Assembly: GCA_018371455.1 (NCBI GenBank)
Contig: JAHAKV010000005.1
Coordinates: 32,158 to 96,157, forward strand
Reading direction: 5' to 3'
DNA from: Campylobacter concisus
Lineage (GTDB): Bacteria > Campylobacterota > Campylobacteria > Campylobacterales > Campylobacteraceae
Length of the DNA: 64,000 bases
Shown: positions 42,958-51,892 of the stretch, piece after piece
Layout of the letters: every line of letters begins with the position of its first letter
How positions within the stretch are numbered: the stretch's first letter is position 1
The notes under the pieces: generated by a model
Databases searched by the model: none
What the model was told of the DNA's origin: nothing
The model's input: the letters and a program-made list of their open reading frames with translations, nothing else
Program-made: the position numbers and the translations under genes

Positions 42958-44025
42958 TTATATATTTAATGGACTTATAACCGTTAAAAGCTCTTTTGAG
43001 CTAACAACGAAAGGTAAATTTTTATCTTTAAATCCAAACTCAAATTTCTCATCTTCTATGCTTTGTAAGAAGTCTATTAAATTTCTATTTTTTACATTTA
43101 TGCTGATATCTTCTTCAAGTCCTGTTTGAAACTCTATCATCGTTTTGGCTTCAGAGTTGTCCTCTATGATGCTCTCAAATGTGATGCTCTCTTTTGAAAA
43201 AGTTATCTTCATCTGATCGCTTAGCATCGATATAGTCTTGATGCCTTCAACCATCTTATCTCTGCTTAGCTCAAATCTTATTGCAATATCTTTTGGTATA
43301 ACGCGCTCATAGTCAGGAAATTTGCCGTTTATCAGCTTTGTGAAAAACTCAAAATTTTGGCTTTGAGCGATGAGGACGTTTTCATCATAGTAAATTTCTA
43401 TCTTGTCAAAAAATAGCTTTTGAATTTCATTTATCGCTTTTTTAGGGATGATCAGTGAAAACTCATTGCTCGCTTCATTTGCAAATTTAAATACAGCTAG
43501 CCTTTTTGTATCAGTGCCTACTATATTTATATAGTTTTGTTTTATGTCAAGTAAGGCGCCGTTTAGCTCAAATTTAGGGTTGTTGCTATCGATGCATGGC
43601 AAAATTTTCTTTAAGCTTCTGCCTAGCATTATGGCGTCTATGTCAAATTTAGCCTTGCCTTCTATCGTTGGAAACTCTGGGAAGTCTTCAAATTTATACA
43701 TAGGAAGTTTGTATTTTGAGTTTTTTTGCTTGATGTAAAGATAGTTATTAACAGTTTCAAGCGTTACCTCTTCATCTTTTAGACTTTTGATGATGTCAAG
43801 TAGTTTTTTACCATTTGCAGTTGCATAGCCTTCATCAACGATCTTTGCGTTGCTTAGTTTATATGCTAGTCCTATCTCGTGATCAGTCGCTTTTATGTTT
43901 AAAACTCCATCTTTTGCAGAGATATAGATGTGAGAAGTGATAGCACTAAGATCTCTTTTTTCGAGATATGGATTAGTGTTTGTTACTATGCTCTCAAGCA
44001 TGTTTTTGTTTATTAAAACCTTCAT
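42958..44025 (-). CDS. dnaN: DNA polymerase III beta sliding clamp
   Basis: 355 aa, three-domain clamp, lying between dnaA and gyrB. Confidence 0.9.
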   Translation of the reverse strand: MKVLINKNMLESIVTNTNPYLEKRDLSAITSHIYISAKDGVLNIKATDHEIGLAYKLSNAKIVDEGYATANGKKLLDIIKSLKDEEVTLETVNNYLYIKQKNSKYKLPMYKFEDFPEFPTIEGKAKFDIDAIMLGRSLKKILPCIDSNNPKFELNGALLDIKQNYINIVGTDTKRLAVFKFANEASNEFSLIIPKKAINEIQKLFFDKIEIYYDENVLIAQSQNFEFFTKLINGKFPDYERVIPKDIAIRFELSRDKMVEGIKTISMLSDQMKITFSKESITFESIIEDNSEAKTMIEFQTGLEEDISINVKNRNLIDFLQSIEDEKFEFGFKDKNLPFVVSSKELLTVISPLNI

Positions 44026-44178
44026 TAAATACTCCCTCTTATTTTTAATTTTCTTTTTGTTGTATTAGTTGGTAGCGTGAAAGTGTGAAAACCATCTTTT
44101 CTCACGCCAGCATCGTTATTTAAAATGTGAAAAGAATTTTTCATTTCTTCACATTTATTCACGAATTTCATTCTGTTT
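44026..44178. other. Candidate oriC (dnaA-dnaN intergenic DnaA-box cluster with AT-rich flank)
   Basis: At least five TTTTCAC/TTATTCAC-type boxes in both orientations (agcgtgaaa, gtgtgaaaa, atgtgaaaa, ttcttcaca, tttattcacg) next to a T-rich tract. Confidence 0.55.
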
Positions 44179-45489
44179 TTATCCTTTTGTTAAAATTTTA
44201 TTCTTTATCTCAGTCACTCTGAGGTTGAAAATTTCGTTGCTCTCCATGAGCTCGTTTATCTTTTTTATATTGTGACTAACGGCGCTATGGTCTTTCATAC
44301 CAAAATAGTTTGCGATTTGTGGCATTGAATTTGTAGTGAGCATCTTCGCAAGGTAGATGATGATGCGTCTAGCCTCGACGATGTTTTGCACTCTTGACTT
44401 GCTTTTTATGTCGCTTGGCTTTATGTTTAGCTCTTTGCTAACGATCTCTATAATGGTCTCTAAATTTATATTTTCATGCTTCTCTTTGATGAGATCTTTT
44501 AGCGTGTTTTTGGCAAATTCAAGCGTTATCTCAACTCTCATCAAGCTTGCATAGGCATTTAAATTTATGATAGCGCCCTCGATCTCACGGATATTATCGC
44601 CCATATTTGTAGCGATGTAGTCGATCACTTCTTTGTTTAGATAAATTTTATCAAATTCACATTTTTTGATGATGATAGCTATCTTTGTATCAAGCTCAGG
44701 TGGCGTGATATCAGCCATTATGCTTTGCTCAAACCTAGACTTTAGCCTCTCATCAAAGCCTTTTAGTATCTTTGCTGGGCGGTCTGAGGTCATGACGATC
44801 TGACCTTTTTTGGCGATGAGCTCGTTAAAGGTGTTGAAAAACTCCTCTTGAATTTTATCTGTTTTGCCAAGAAACTGCACGTCGTCTATTAGTAAAACGT
44901 CGCAGTTTCGGTATTTTTCACGAAATTTAGTCATCGAGTGGCTATTTAGATGTGTGGTAAAATCAATCATAAACTGATCGCTCGTCACGCAGATGACTAC
45001 TTTGCCCTGATCTAGGCAGTGGTTGCCAACTGACTGAAGCAGGTGCGTCTTGCCAAGGCCAGTCGTGCCATATATAAAAAGTGGGTTGTAAAGCACGCCA
45101 GGCTTATCTGCAACTGCTTTTGCGTTTAGAAAGGCAAACTGATTTGAGTCGCCACAGACAAAATTTTCAAATGTATATCCAGGGTTTAAAATGCTACTTT
45201 GCGCCTTGATCTGCTTTACATTTACTTGGTTTTGCTTTATGTTTTTTAGCTTTGTTTGGCTAGTTATCTCGACCTCTGGCTTTTTGCCAGTTTTTACTTC
45301 ATAAAGGTAGGCGATCTTTTCTGCGTATCTAGTTTTTATAAATTTAGCCATCAACTCACTCGTGGCGTTAAAAACTATAAAATCTTCGTTTGAAGCCTTT
45401 TCGTTAAATTTTAATTGTTTGATGTAGCAGTCAAATTCATTAGCTGATATTTTTGTCTGTAAAAGCTCTAAAATCTCGTCTGCTAGCAA
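44179..45489 (-). CDS. dnaA: Chromosomal replication initiator DnaA
   Basis: AAA+ Walker A (GTTGLGKTHLL) and the C-terminal DnaA-box-binding domain; 436 aa. Confidence 0.95.
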   Translation of the reverse strand: MLADEILELLQTKISANEFDCYIKQLKFNEKASNEDFIVFNATSELMAKFIKTRYAEKIAYLYEVKTGKKPEVEITSQTKLKNIKQNQVNVKQIKAQSSILNPGYTFENFVCGDSNQFAFLNAKAVADKPGVLYNPLFIYGTTGLGKTHLLQSVGNHCLDQGKVVICVTSDQFMIDFTTHLNSHSMTKFREKYRNCDVLLIDDVQFLGKTDKIQEEFFNTFNELIAKKGQIVMTSDRPAKILKGFDERLKSRFEQSIMADITPPELDTKIAIIIKKCEFDKIYLNKEVIDYIATNMGDNIREIEGAIINLNAYASLMRVEITLEFAKNTLKDLIKEKHENINLETIIEIVSKELNIKPSDIKSKSRVQNIVEARRIIIYLAKMLTTNSMPQIANYFGMKDHSAVSHNIKKINELMESNEIFNLRVTEIKNKILTKG

Positions 45490-45559
45490 ATTTAAACCCT
45501 TTTGAAGTAATTAATTTTATTAGCGATTTTATCTTAAATTTAATAAAACCTTTGTTAAA

Positions 45560-45610
45560 CTCCGACAAACTTTTTCACGCCGTGAAAAAGTCGTGAAAAA
45601 GTATTGAAAA
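45560..45610. promoter_or_regulatory. DnaA-box-like repeats upstream of dnaA (autoregulatory site or second origin module)
   Basis: tttttcacgccgtgaaaaagtcgtgaaaaagtattgaaaag: overlapping, inverted TTTTCAC-type boxes. Confidence 0.4.
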
Positions 45611-45617
45611 GATTGTG

Positions 45618-46091
45618 ATGAAAATTTTAGGAATCGATCCAGGTACGAAAAATTGCGGTTACGCGATACTTGAAAAGAGCAAATTTAAAACCATACTTCT
45701 TGAAGCTGGGCTTATAAAGATAAAGCCAAACACGCTTCAATACCAAATAACAGAGCTTTGCGAGGGGCTTGATCTCATCTTTAAAAACCATAAATTTGAC
45801 GAGGTTGCGATAGAGGACATCTTCTTTGCCTACAACCCAAAAACGGTCTTAAAACTCGCTCAGTTTCGCGGGGCACTTAGTCTTAAAATTTTGCAGCTTC
45901 ATGGGGACTTTGCCGAATATACGCCGCTTCAAGTAAAAAAAACAGTCACTGGCAAGGCAAAGGCTGACAAAGAGCAGGTGGCATTTATGGTAAAAAAAAT
46001 TTTAGGTATAAATAAAGAGATAAAACCGCTTGATATCACCGATGCGATCGCTATTGCGCTAACTCACGCGAATAATTTAAGAATAAACTAA
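45618..46091 (+). CDS. ruvC: Holliday junction resolvase
   Basis: [19 protein letters not shown] with the catalytic D/E pattern. Confidence 0.9.
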   Translation: MKILGIDPGTKNCGYAILEKSKFKTILLEAGLIKIKPNTLQYQITELCEGLDLIFKNHKFDEVAIEDIFFAYNPKTVLKLAQFRGALSLKILQLHGDFAEYTPLQVKKTVTGKAKADKEQVAFMVKKILGINKEIKPLDITDAIAIALTHANNLRIN

Positions 46092-46107
46092 ATTTGATAG
46101 GAAAAAT

Positions 46108-46797
46108 ATGGCAACACTAAAAGCTTTACTAATCGGAGATGTGAAAAACTACGGCTCGAAAAATGCGACTGATAAGCTAAATTTACCTTGGAGCTCGGCT
46201 ATTTTTAAAGTAGCTCAAAATGGCGAAATTTTCGCAAATGAGCTTGGCTTTGAGGGCGATAGCGTCGCTGATACGAAGCATCACGGCGGCCCTGAAAAGG
46301 CAGTTTTTGCAAATTCATTTGCAAACTACGCTAAATGGGAGAAATTTTTAGGATTAAAAAATATGGCTTATGGGGCGATGGGGGAGAATTTATGCGTTGA
46401 TGGGCTTGATGAGAGCTGCGTTTATGTGGGCGATATCCATAAGATCGGTTCGCTTGTGCTTCAAGTCTCGCAGCCTAGAAAGCCATGCTTTAAGCTCTCA
46501 AAAAGATGGGGCAATGAAAATATGGCAACTCACATCTTTGAAACGGGCCTTACTGGCTGGTACTACCGCGTTCTTACGCCAGGCTCGTGCAAAGCAGGCG
46601 ATGTGATAGAGATTATAGAAAATGACCCCGTTCATATGAGCATTTTAGAGATAAATAGGCTATTTTACGCGCCAAGTGAAAATTTAAATTTACTAGAGAA
46701 ATTTAACGCCCTCACCACTCTTACAAATGGCTGGCATGATGATATGAAAAGACGCATCGAGGGAATTTATAGCATCGAATTTATGAGAACACTATAA
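46108..46797 (+). CDS. MOSC domain protein (YiiM-like)
   Basis: MOSC beta-barrel with the conserved Cys region (QPRKPCFKL). Confidence 0.7.
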   Translation: MATLKALLIGDVKNYGSKNATDKLNLPWSSAIFKVAQNGEIFANELGFEGDSVADTKHHGGPEKAVFANSFANYAKWEKFLGLKNMAYGAMGENLCVDGLDESCVYVGDIHKIGSLVLQVSQPRKPCFKLSKRWGNENMATHIFETGLTGWYYRVLTPGSCKAGDVIEIIENDPVHMSILEINRLFYAPSENLNLLEKFNALTTLTNGWHDDMKRRIEGIYSIEFMRTL

Positions 46798-46863
46798 ACA
46801 TTTATACTTTTGCTCCGATTTTGTTTTGCAAATGAATTTCAAACAAAATTTAAAGGAGCAGAG

Positions 46864-48828
46864 GTGTTTCGTTCTATCACAAATAAGATAGCACTAGCCT
46901 TGATGATTTTACTCATCATCTCGTTTTGTGCTATCTCGGCGGTTAGTTATTTTACTTCAAAGGACAAGATCGTTGAACTTGTCAGTGGCAAAGAGGATCA
47001 AGTCCTTAAAGATATAAAGAGTGTTGCAAATACTTTTTTTGATGAAAATTTAGAGTACGTCAAGAAAATTTCATCAGCAGTTGAAGGCGCTCAAAGTGGC
47101 GATGAGATAATGAACTTTGTCTTATTAGAAAAAAAGGTCGCAAACTCTGCGGTGAAATATGTCTATTACGGCGATGAGGACGGACACTTCTTTCAGTCAG
47201 ATGGTAAAAGAACAACCGTAGCTGACAACTACGACCCAAGAACTAGAGGCTGGTATAAGAGCACAAAAGAGAAAAATAAAGAAATTTATACCGAGCCAAG
47301 GGTCACTTCTACAAACGATCTTGTTATGAGTTTTACTGCTCCTGTTACTAAAAATGGTAAATTTGTTGGCGTTGTTGGTATAGATATAGATGTAAAAAAA
47401 GTTAGTGACAAGATCATCGAGATAGGCAACACTGGCGATGGTGGATATGCCTATATAATGAAAAAAGATGGCACTATGCTCTTTTCTGACGTAGCTTCAG
47501 AAGTTGGCACTATCTTACCAGCTACAAAGGTCGTCTCAGAAAAATATAACAATAAAGAATTTGACGAAAATGGTCTGATCTCATATAAAAACTCTAAAAA
47601 CCAAGATGTAACGGCTAAAATTTTGCCTATCAACGAAGATGGCTGGCTTGCAACCGTTGCCATAGGTGCAGATACATTTTCAAACCACACTATGCCTATC
47701 TTAAAAGCACAACTAATGCTTGCAGTACTCTTTATAGTCATACTCTCAGCCATTGTTTTCGTGCTACTAAAACGCTCGCTTAAACCTATCGGAGTTATCC
47801 AAGAGAAGCTCTCTGATACATTTAAATTTATCACTTACGAGAGCAGCACCGCCCCAAGCAAGCTTGACATCCACACAACTGATGAATTTGGCGTGATGAG
47901 TGAAGAGATAAATAAAAATATCGACAAAGTCATAGCTGGCATCAAAAAAGATAACACCATGCTTGAAGAGCTAAATGTAGCTGCAAATAACATGATAAGA
48001 GGAAATTTAGGTGTCAAACTAAGTGAAAATCCAAACAACCCATCACTTATCAAGCTAAAAGATCTACTAAACACTTTCTTTAGCTCTATCAGTCAAAATT
48101 TAGGCAGCGTCATAAATATCTTAAATTCATACTCAAAGAACGACTACACCGCTAAGATCGAGCTAAGAGATGACATAGAGGCTGATTTGAAAGCTATGAT
48201 GGTTGGCATAAATAACGCAGGTGACGCTATAAGTGCTATGCTAAATAGCAACCTAAATCAAGCTCAAATTTTAGAAGAAAAGGCAACTATGCTTGCTGAG
48301 TCTATGAGAAATTTAACTGATGGTGCTAGCAAACAAGCTGACTCTATCCAAGAGAGTGCAGCTGCGGTTGAGCAGATGTCAAGCTCGATGAATGCTATCT
48401 CACAAAAGACAGGAGACGTCATAAGACAAAGCGAAGAGATCAAAAACATCATCGTCATCATCCGTGACATCGCTGATCAAACAAATTTACTTGCTCTAAA
48501 TGCCGCCATAGAAGCTGCTCGTGCAGGAGAGCATGGACGTGGCTTTGCGGTCGTGGCCGATGAGGTTAGAAAACTAGCTGAAAGGACACAAAAAAGTCTA
48601 GGCGAGATCGAGGCAAATACAAATGTGCTAGCTCAATCAATAAACGAGATGAGTGAGAGCATAAAAGAGCAAGCTGAGGGCATAAATATGATAAATAGAA
48701 GTGTCGCTCAAATAGATAATGTCACAAAAGAAAATAGAAGCGTCGTTAGTAACACAAATGAAGTAACTAGCGAGATAGACAGCATGGCAAAGGTCATACT
48801 AACAGACGTTAGAAAAAATAAATTTTAA
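46864..48828 (+). CDS. Methyl-accepting chemotaxis protein with periplasmic dCache-type sensor
   Basis: GTG start after an AAAGGAG RBS; TM, Cache-like region, TM, HAMP, then the MCP signalling domain (…[38 protein letters not shown]…). Confidence 0.85.
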   Translation: MFRSITNKIALALMILLIISFCAISAVSYFTSKDKIVELVSGKEDQVLKDIKSVANTFFDENLEYVKKISSAVEGAQSGDEIMNFVLLEKKVANSAVKYVYYGDEDGHFFQSDGKRTTVADNYDPRTRGWYKSTKEKNKEIYTEPRVTSTNDLVMSFTAPVTKNGKFVGVVGIDIDVKKVSDKIIEIGNTGDGGYAYIMKKDGTMLFSDVASEVGTILPATKVVSEKYNNKEFDENGLISYKNSKNQDVTAKILPINEDGWLATVAIGADTFSNHTMPILKAQLMLAVLFIVILSAIVFVLLKRSLKPIGVIQEKLSDTFKFITYESSTAPSKLDIHTTDEFGVMSEEINKNIDKVIAGIKKDNTMLEELNVAANNMIRGNLGVKLSENPNNPSLIKLKDLLNTFFSSISQNLGSVINILNSYSKNDYTAKIELRDDIEADLKAMMVGINNAGDAISAMLNSNLNQAQILEEKATMLAESMRNLTDGASKQADSIQESAAAVEQMSSSMNAISQKTGDVIRQSEEIKNIIVIIRDIADQTNLLALNAAIEAARAGEHGRGFAVVADEVRKLAERTQKSLGEIEANTNVLAQSINEMSESIKEQAEGINMINRSVAQIDNVTKENRSVVSNTNEVTSEIDSMAKVILTDVRKNKF

Positions 48829-48846
48829 TACCCAAAAATACTACTA

Positions 48847-48870
48847 GGCTCATGTAAATTTACGTGGGCC
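48847..48870 (+). terminator. Hairpin terminator after the MCP gene
   Basis: ggctcatgt-aaattt-acgtgggcc followed by tttaaattttt. Confidence 0.5.
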
Positions 48871-48926
48871 TTTAAATTTTTAAATCTTTTTTACGCTAAA
48901 ATTACCAAAAATTTAAAGGAGAATAT

Positions 48927-49442
48927 ATGCCACTACTTGATAGTTTTTGCGTAGATCATGTGAAGATGAAAGCCCCAGGAGTTAGACTAGCAAAGAGCAT
49001 GAAGACCCCAAAGGGCGATGATATCAGCGTTTTTGACTTGAGATTTTGCAAGCCGAATGAGGAAATTTTGCCAGAAAAAGGCACTCACACTTTAGAACAT
49101 CTATTTGCTGGCTTTATGAGAAACCACCTAAATGGCAACGGTGTGGAGATCATAGACATCTCGCCGATGGGCTGTAGGACGGGCTTTTATATGAGCGTGA
49201 TAGGCACACCTAGCGAAGAAGCTGTAAAAAAGGCATGGCTTGCTTCGATGAAAGATATCTTAGAGGTCAAAGATCAAGACAATATCCCAGAGCTAAATAA
49301 ATTTCAATGTGGCACTTACAAGATGCACTCACTTGATGAAGCGCACGCCATAGCAAGCAAAATTTTAGCACAAGGTCTAGTCATCATAAATAACGATGAG
49401 ATCAAGCTTGACGTTGATGCTATGGGACTAAAAAAGCACTGA
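48927..49442 (+). CDS. luxS: S-ribosylhomocysteine lyase
   Basis: LuxS metal-binding HTLEH motif; 171 aa. Confidence 0.92.
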   Translation: MPLLDSFCVDHVKMKAPGVRLAKSMKTPKGDDISVFDLRFCKPNEEILPEKGTHTLEHLFAGFMRNHLNGNGVEIIDISPMGCRTGFYMSVIGTPSEEAVKKAWLASMKDILEVKDQDNIPELNKFQCGTYKMHSLDEAHAIASKILAQGLVIINNDEIKLDVDAMGLKKH

Positions 49443-49443
49443 T

Positions 49444-50550
49444 TTGAAGCCAGCTAAACAAGAAAATCAAGCCTATCTAAAAGAGCAAATTTTAACCTAT
49501 CTTGGTAACAAACGCTCTCTTTTAGGCTTTATCGAGCGAGGCGTAAAATACGCAAAAGACGAGCTTAAAAAAGAGAAGCTTAGCTGCTGCGACCTCTTTA
49601 GCGGAAGCGGCGTGGTGGCTAGGTTTTTAAAACAAAATAGCGAATTTCTAGTCGCAAACGACTTGGAGCTTTATAGCTTCATCACAAACTCATGCTACCT
49701 GCAAAACGCCACAAATGAGCTAAGAGATGAGATAAATTTCTGGCAAAAAAAGCTTGAAAAAGAGATAGAAGATAACCTTTCTGAGGGCTTTATAACAAGG
49801 CTTTATGCCCCGCAAGATGACGAAAATATCGCTTTTGGCGAGCGGGTTTTTTACACAAGGAAAAATGCCAAATTCATCGATACCGCAAGAAGGCTCATAG
49901 ATGAGATATTGCCAGAGGAGATGAGAAAATTTTTCATAGCTCCACTACTTTATAACGCAAGTGTTCATGCAAATACGAGTGGAATTTTTAAAGGTTTTCA
50001 TAAAAATAAAGAGGGCATCGGTCAGTTTGGAGGACATGGGCAAAACGCTATCTCAAGGATCACCTCTGATATAAATTTGACTAAGCCAATTTTTTCAAAT
50101 TTCAACGTGCCATTTGAGGTCTATCAAAAGGACGCAAATTTGCTCGCAAAAGAGCTTAGCAGCCTTGATCTAGTCTATCTTGATCCGCCTTATAACCAGC
50201 ATCCATACGGCTCAAACTACTTCATGCTAAATCTCATCGCAAGCTATGAAGAGCCAAGTAAAATTTCAAAAGTTTCAGGCATCTCAAAGGACTGGAACAG
50301 ATCAGTTTTTAATAAAAAATCATCAGCAAGCGAGGCATTTTTCGAGCTGATAGCAAATTTAAAGGCGAAATTTGTGCTCATCTCATTTAACTCAGAGGGC
50401 TTTATCAACCAAGATGAATTTGACAAAAATCTAAATAAAATGGGCAAAGTTCATCTTCTTCGCCAAAAGTATAACGCCTACCGCGGCAGCAGAAATTTAA
50501 AAGCTAGAAACATCCACGTAGACGAACTTCTTTACGTTTTGAAAAAGTAA
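49444..50550 (+). CDS. Adenine-specific DNA methyltransferase (DPPY, gamma-class; EcoRI-methylase-like), orphan
   Basis: Motif I region (DLFSGSGVVARFL) precedes motif IV (LVYLDPPY). No endonuclease gene is adjacent. TTG start. Confidence 0.7.
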   Translation: MKPAKQENQAYLKEQILTYLGNKRSLLGFIERGVKYAKDELKKEKLSCCDLFSGSGVVARFLKQNSEFLVANDLELYSFITNSCYLQNATNELRDEINFWQKKLEKEIEDNLSEGFITRLYAPQDDENIAFGERVFYTRKNAKFIDTARRLIDEILPEEMRKFFIAPLLYNASVHANTSGIFKGFHKNKEGIGQFGGHGQNAISRITSDINLTKPIFSNFNVPFEVYQKDANLLAKELSSLDLVYLDPPYNQHPYGSNYFMLNLIASYEEPSKISKVSGISKDWNRSVFNKKSSASEAFFELIANLKAKFVLISFNSEGFINQDEFDKNLNKMGKVHLLRQKYNAYRGSRNLKARNIHVDELLYVLKK

Positions 50551-50580
50551 ATTTAGACAAAAACACAATAAAACAAAAAA

Positions 50581-50589
50581 TGATATAAT
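50581..50589 (+). promoter_or_regulatory. Extended -10 element (TGaTATAAT) upstream of the TA pair
   Basis: tgatataat sits 26 bp upstream of the 50615 start. Confidence 0.4.
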
Positions 50590-50614
50590 CCCCAAAAAAA
50601 CAAAAAGGCATACT

Positions 50615-50845
50615 ATGCAAACAATAACAATAATAGGCGATAACATCAGTCAAAAAGCTATTGAGGCATTTAAAGCGATGGCACAAGCTATGGATCCAAA
50701 ATATAAGATCAAGTATGTCAATAGTTCAAAAGAGCAAGAGATACCGACAGAGCAGACACTACTTGATCTAAAAAACGCAAAAAGTGTTGGATTTTACAAA
50801 AATCATGATGACTTGATCAATGAAATAAAACAAGAAAATCATTGA
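50615..50845 (+). CDS. DinJ/RelB-like antitoxin
   Basis: 76 aa with a DinJ-like C-terminus (…LKNAKSVGFYKNHDDLINEI); 4-nt overlap with the toxin. Confidence 0.55.
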   Translation: MQTITIIGDNISQKAIEAFKAMAQAMDPKYKIKYVNSSKEQEIPTEQTLLDLKNAKSVGFYKNHDDLINEIKQENH

Positions 50846-51120
50846 TGAGAATTTTAGAAATTTTTAGCACTTATAAAAAGGATTTGAAGTTAGTTTTAAA
50901 GCAAGGATGGGATGAAAAAGCGATTTCAAAGGTGGTTTTTCAACTACAAAATGATGAAAAATTAGCTGATGATTTAAAAGATCATCAGCTTACTGGAAGC
51001 TTAAAAGATTTTAGAGAGTGCCACGTTTTTGGAGATTTGGTAATAATTTATCAAAGAGATGATGAAATTTTAAAGCTTTTTAAAATAGGCAGACACCAAG
51101 ATATTTTTAAAAGATACTAG
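50842..51120 (+). CDS. YafQ/RelE-family type II toxin
   Basis: KDHQLTGSLKDFRECHVFGDLVIIYQ parallels E. coli YafQ KDHPLQGSWKGYRDAHVEPDWILIYK. Confidence 0.75.
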   Translation: MMRILEIFSTYKKDLKLVLKQGWDEKAISKVVFQLQNDEKLADDLKDHQLTGSLKDFRECHVFGDLVIIYQRDDEILKLFKIGRHQDIFKRY

Positions 51121-51173
51121 AACACTTTTTTACATATCTAAATTTATACTTTGGTGCTGTTTTACACTTAATT

Positions 51174-51830
51174 TTACCCCTCATCCTCCGGCAAGCACTT
51201 CTCAAAGATAAATTTATGCTCATTTGGCAAGGCGTCGTAGATAGCATTTGCTAAATTTCTTATCTCCCAAAGGGCTGACTTTGAGCTTCTTAAAGAGATG
51301 AAATTTTGCAAGCTTCTAGCGTTTATGCTCCATGTAAGCTCGGTTTTATAGCATTCTGGCAAGCAGTATTTAACTATATCAAGGCTTTTTGTGGTTGAGG
51401 CTAAAATTTCACGTAAATTTTCAAGCGCTTTTATGCTCGCGTTATCGACCATTTCGTCATTTGTTAGCACGATAAATTTAGCCGCACGCTCAAACTGCCC
51501 TACTTCAAATTTCTCCTCCTTTTTTAGCTCTTTTAGCGTGTAGCGGGTTGATTTGACGCTTAGGCTTGCTAATCGGTGGCGGGCTAGCTCTTGAAGTAGT
51601 GCGCGAGAGATGCCTTGGATGTAGAAGTTGTAGTAAAGATGCTCTAGTGTTGATGCGTGTTTAAATTTATTACCCACCCTATCTATCAGCTCGACATCTT
51701 TTTCGCCGCCATTGTCGCCTTTTTCAAAGCTTTGCCAGCATGTGCGGATCGCGTGAGAGCAGATATTTAGTGGGGTGTGATTTAGAAGTGTTACTTGCAT
51801 ATTTTCTCTTTTTGTGAAATTTTTTAGCAT
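51174..51830 (-). CDS. thyX: Flavin-dependent thymidylate synthase
   Basis: ThyX RHRxxS motif (LARHRLASLS). Confidence 0.88.
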   Translation of the reverse strand: MLKNFTKRENMQVTLLNHTPLNICSHAIRTCWQSFEKGDNGGEKDVELIDRVGNKFKHASTLEHLYYNFYIQGISRALLQELARHRLASLSVKSTRYTLKELKKEEKFEVGQFERAAKFIVLTNDEMVDNASIKALENLREILASTTKSLDIVKYCLPECYKTELTWSINARSLQNFISLRSSKSALWEIRNLANAIYDALPNEHKFIFEKCLPEDEG

Positions 51831-51892
51831 TTTACAAAAAGAAGGCTGATTTTATTTGTAAATTTAAAAGGGAGCGAGTGCTCCCTTTATGA

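Noticed and set aside
46810-46863. TTG start of the MCP at 46810
   Set aside because: The GTG at 46864 is preceded by a consensus AAAGGAG RBS, and the TM helix starts right after it, so the upstream extension is unlikely.
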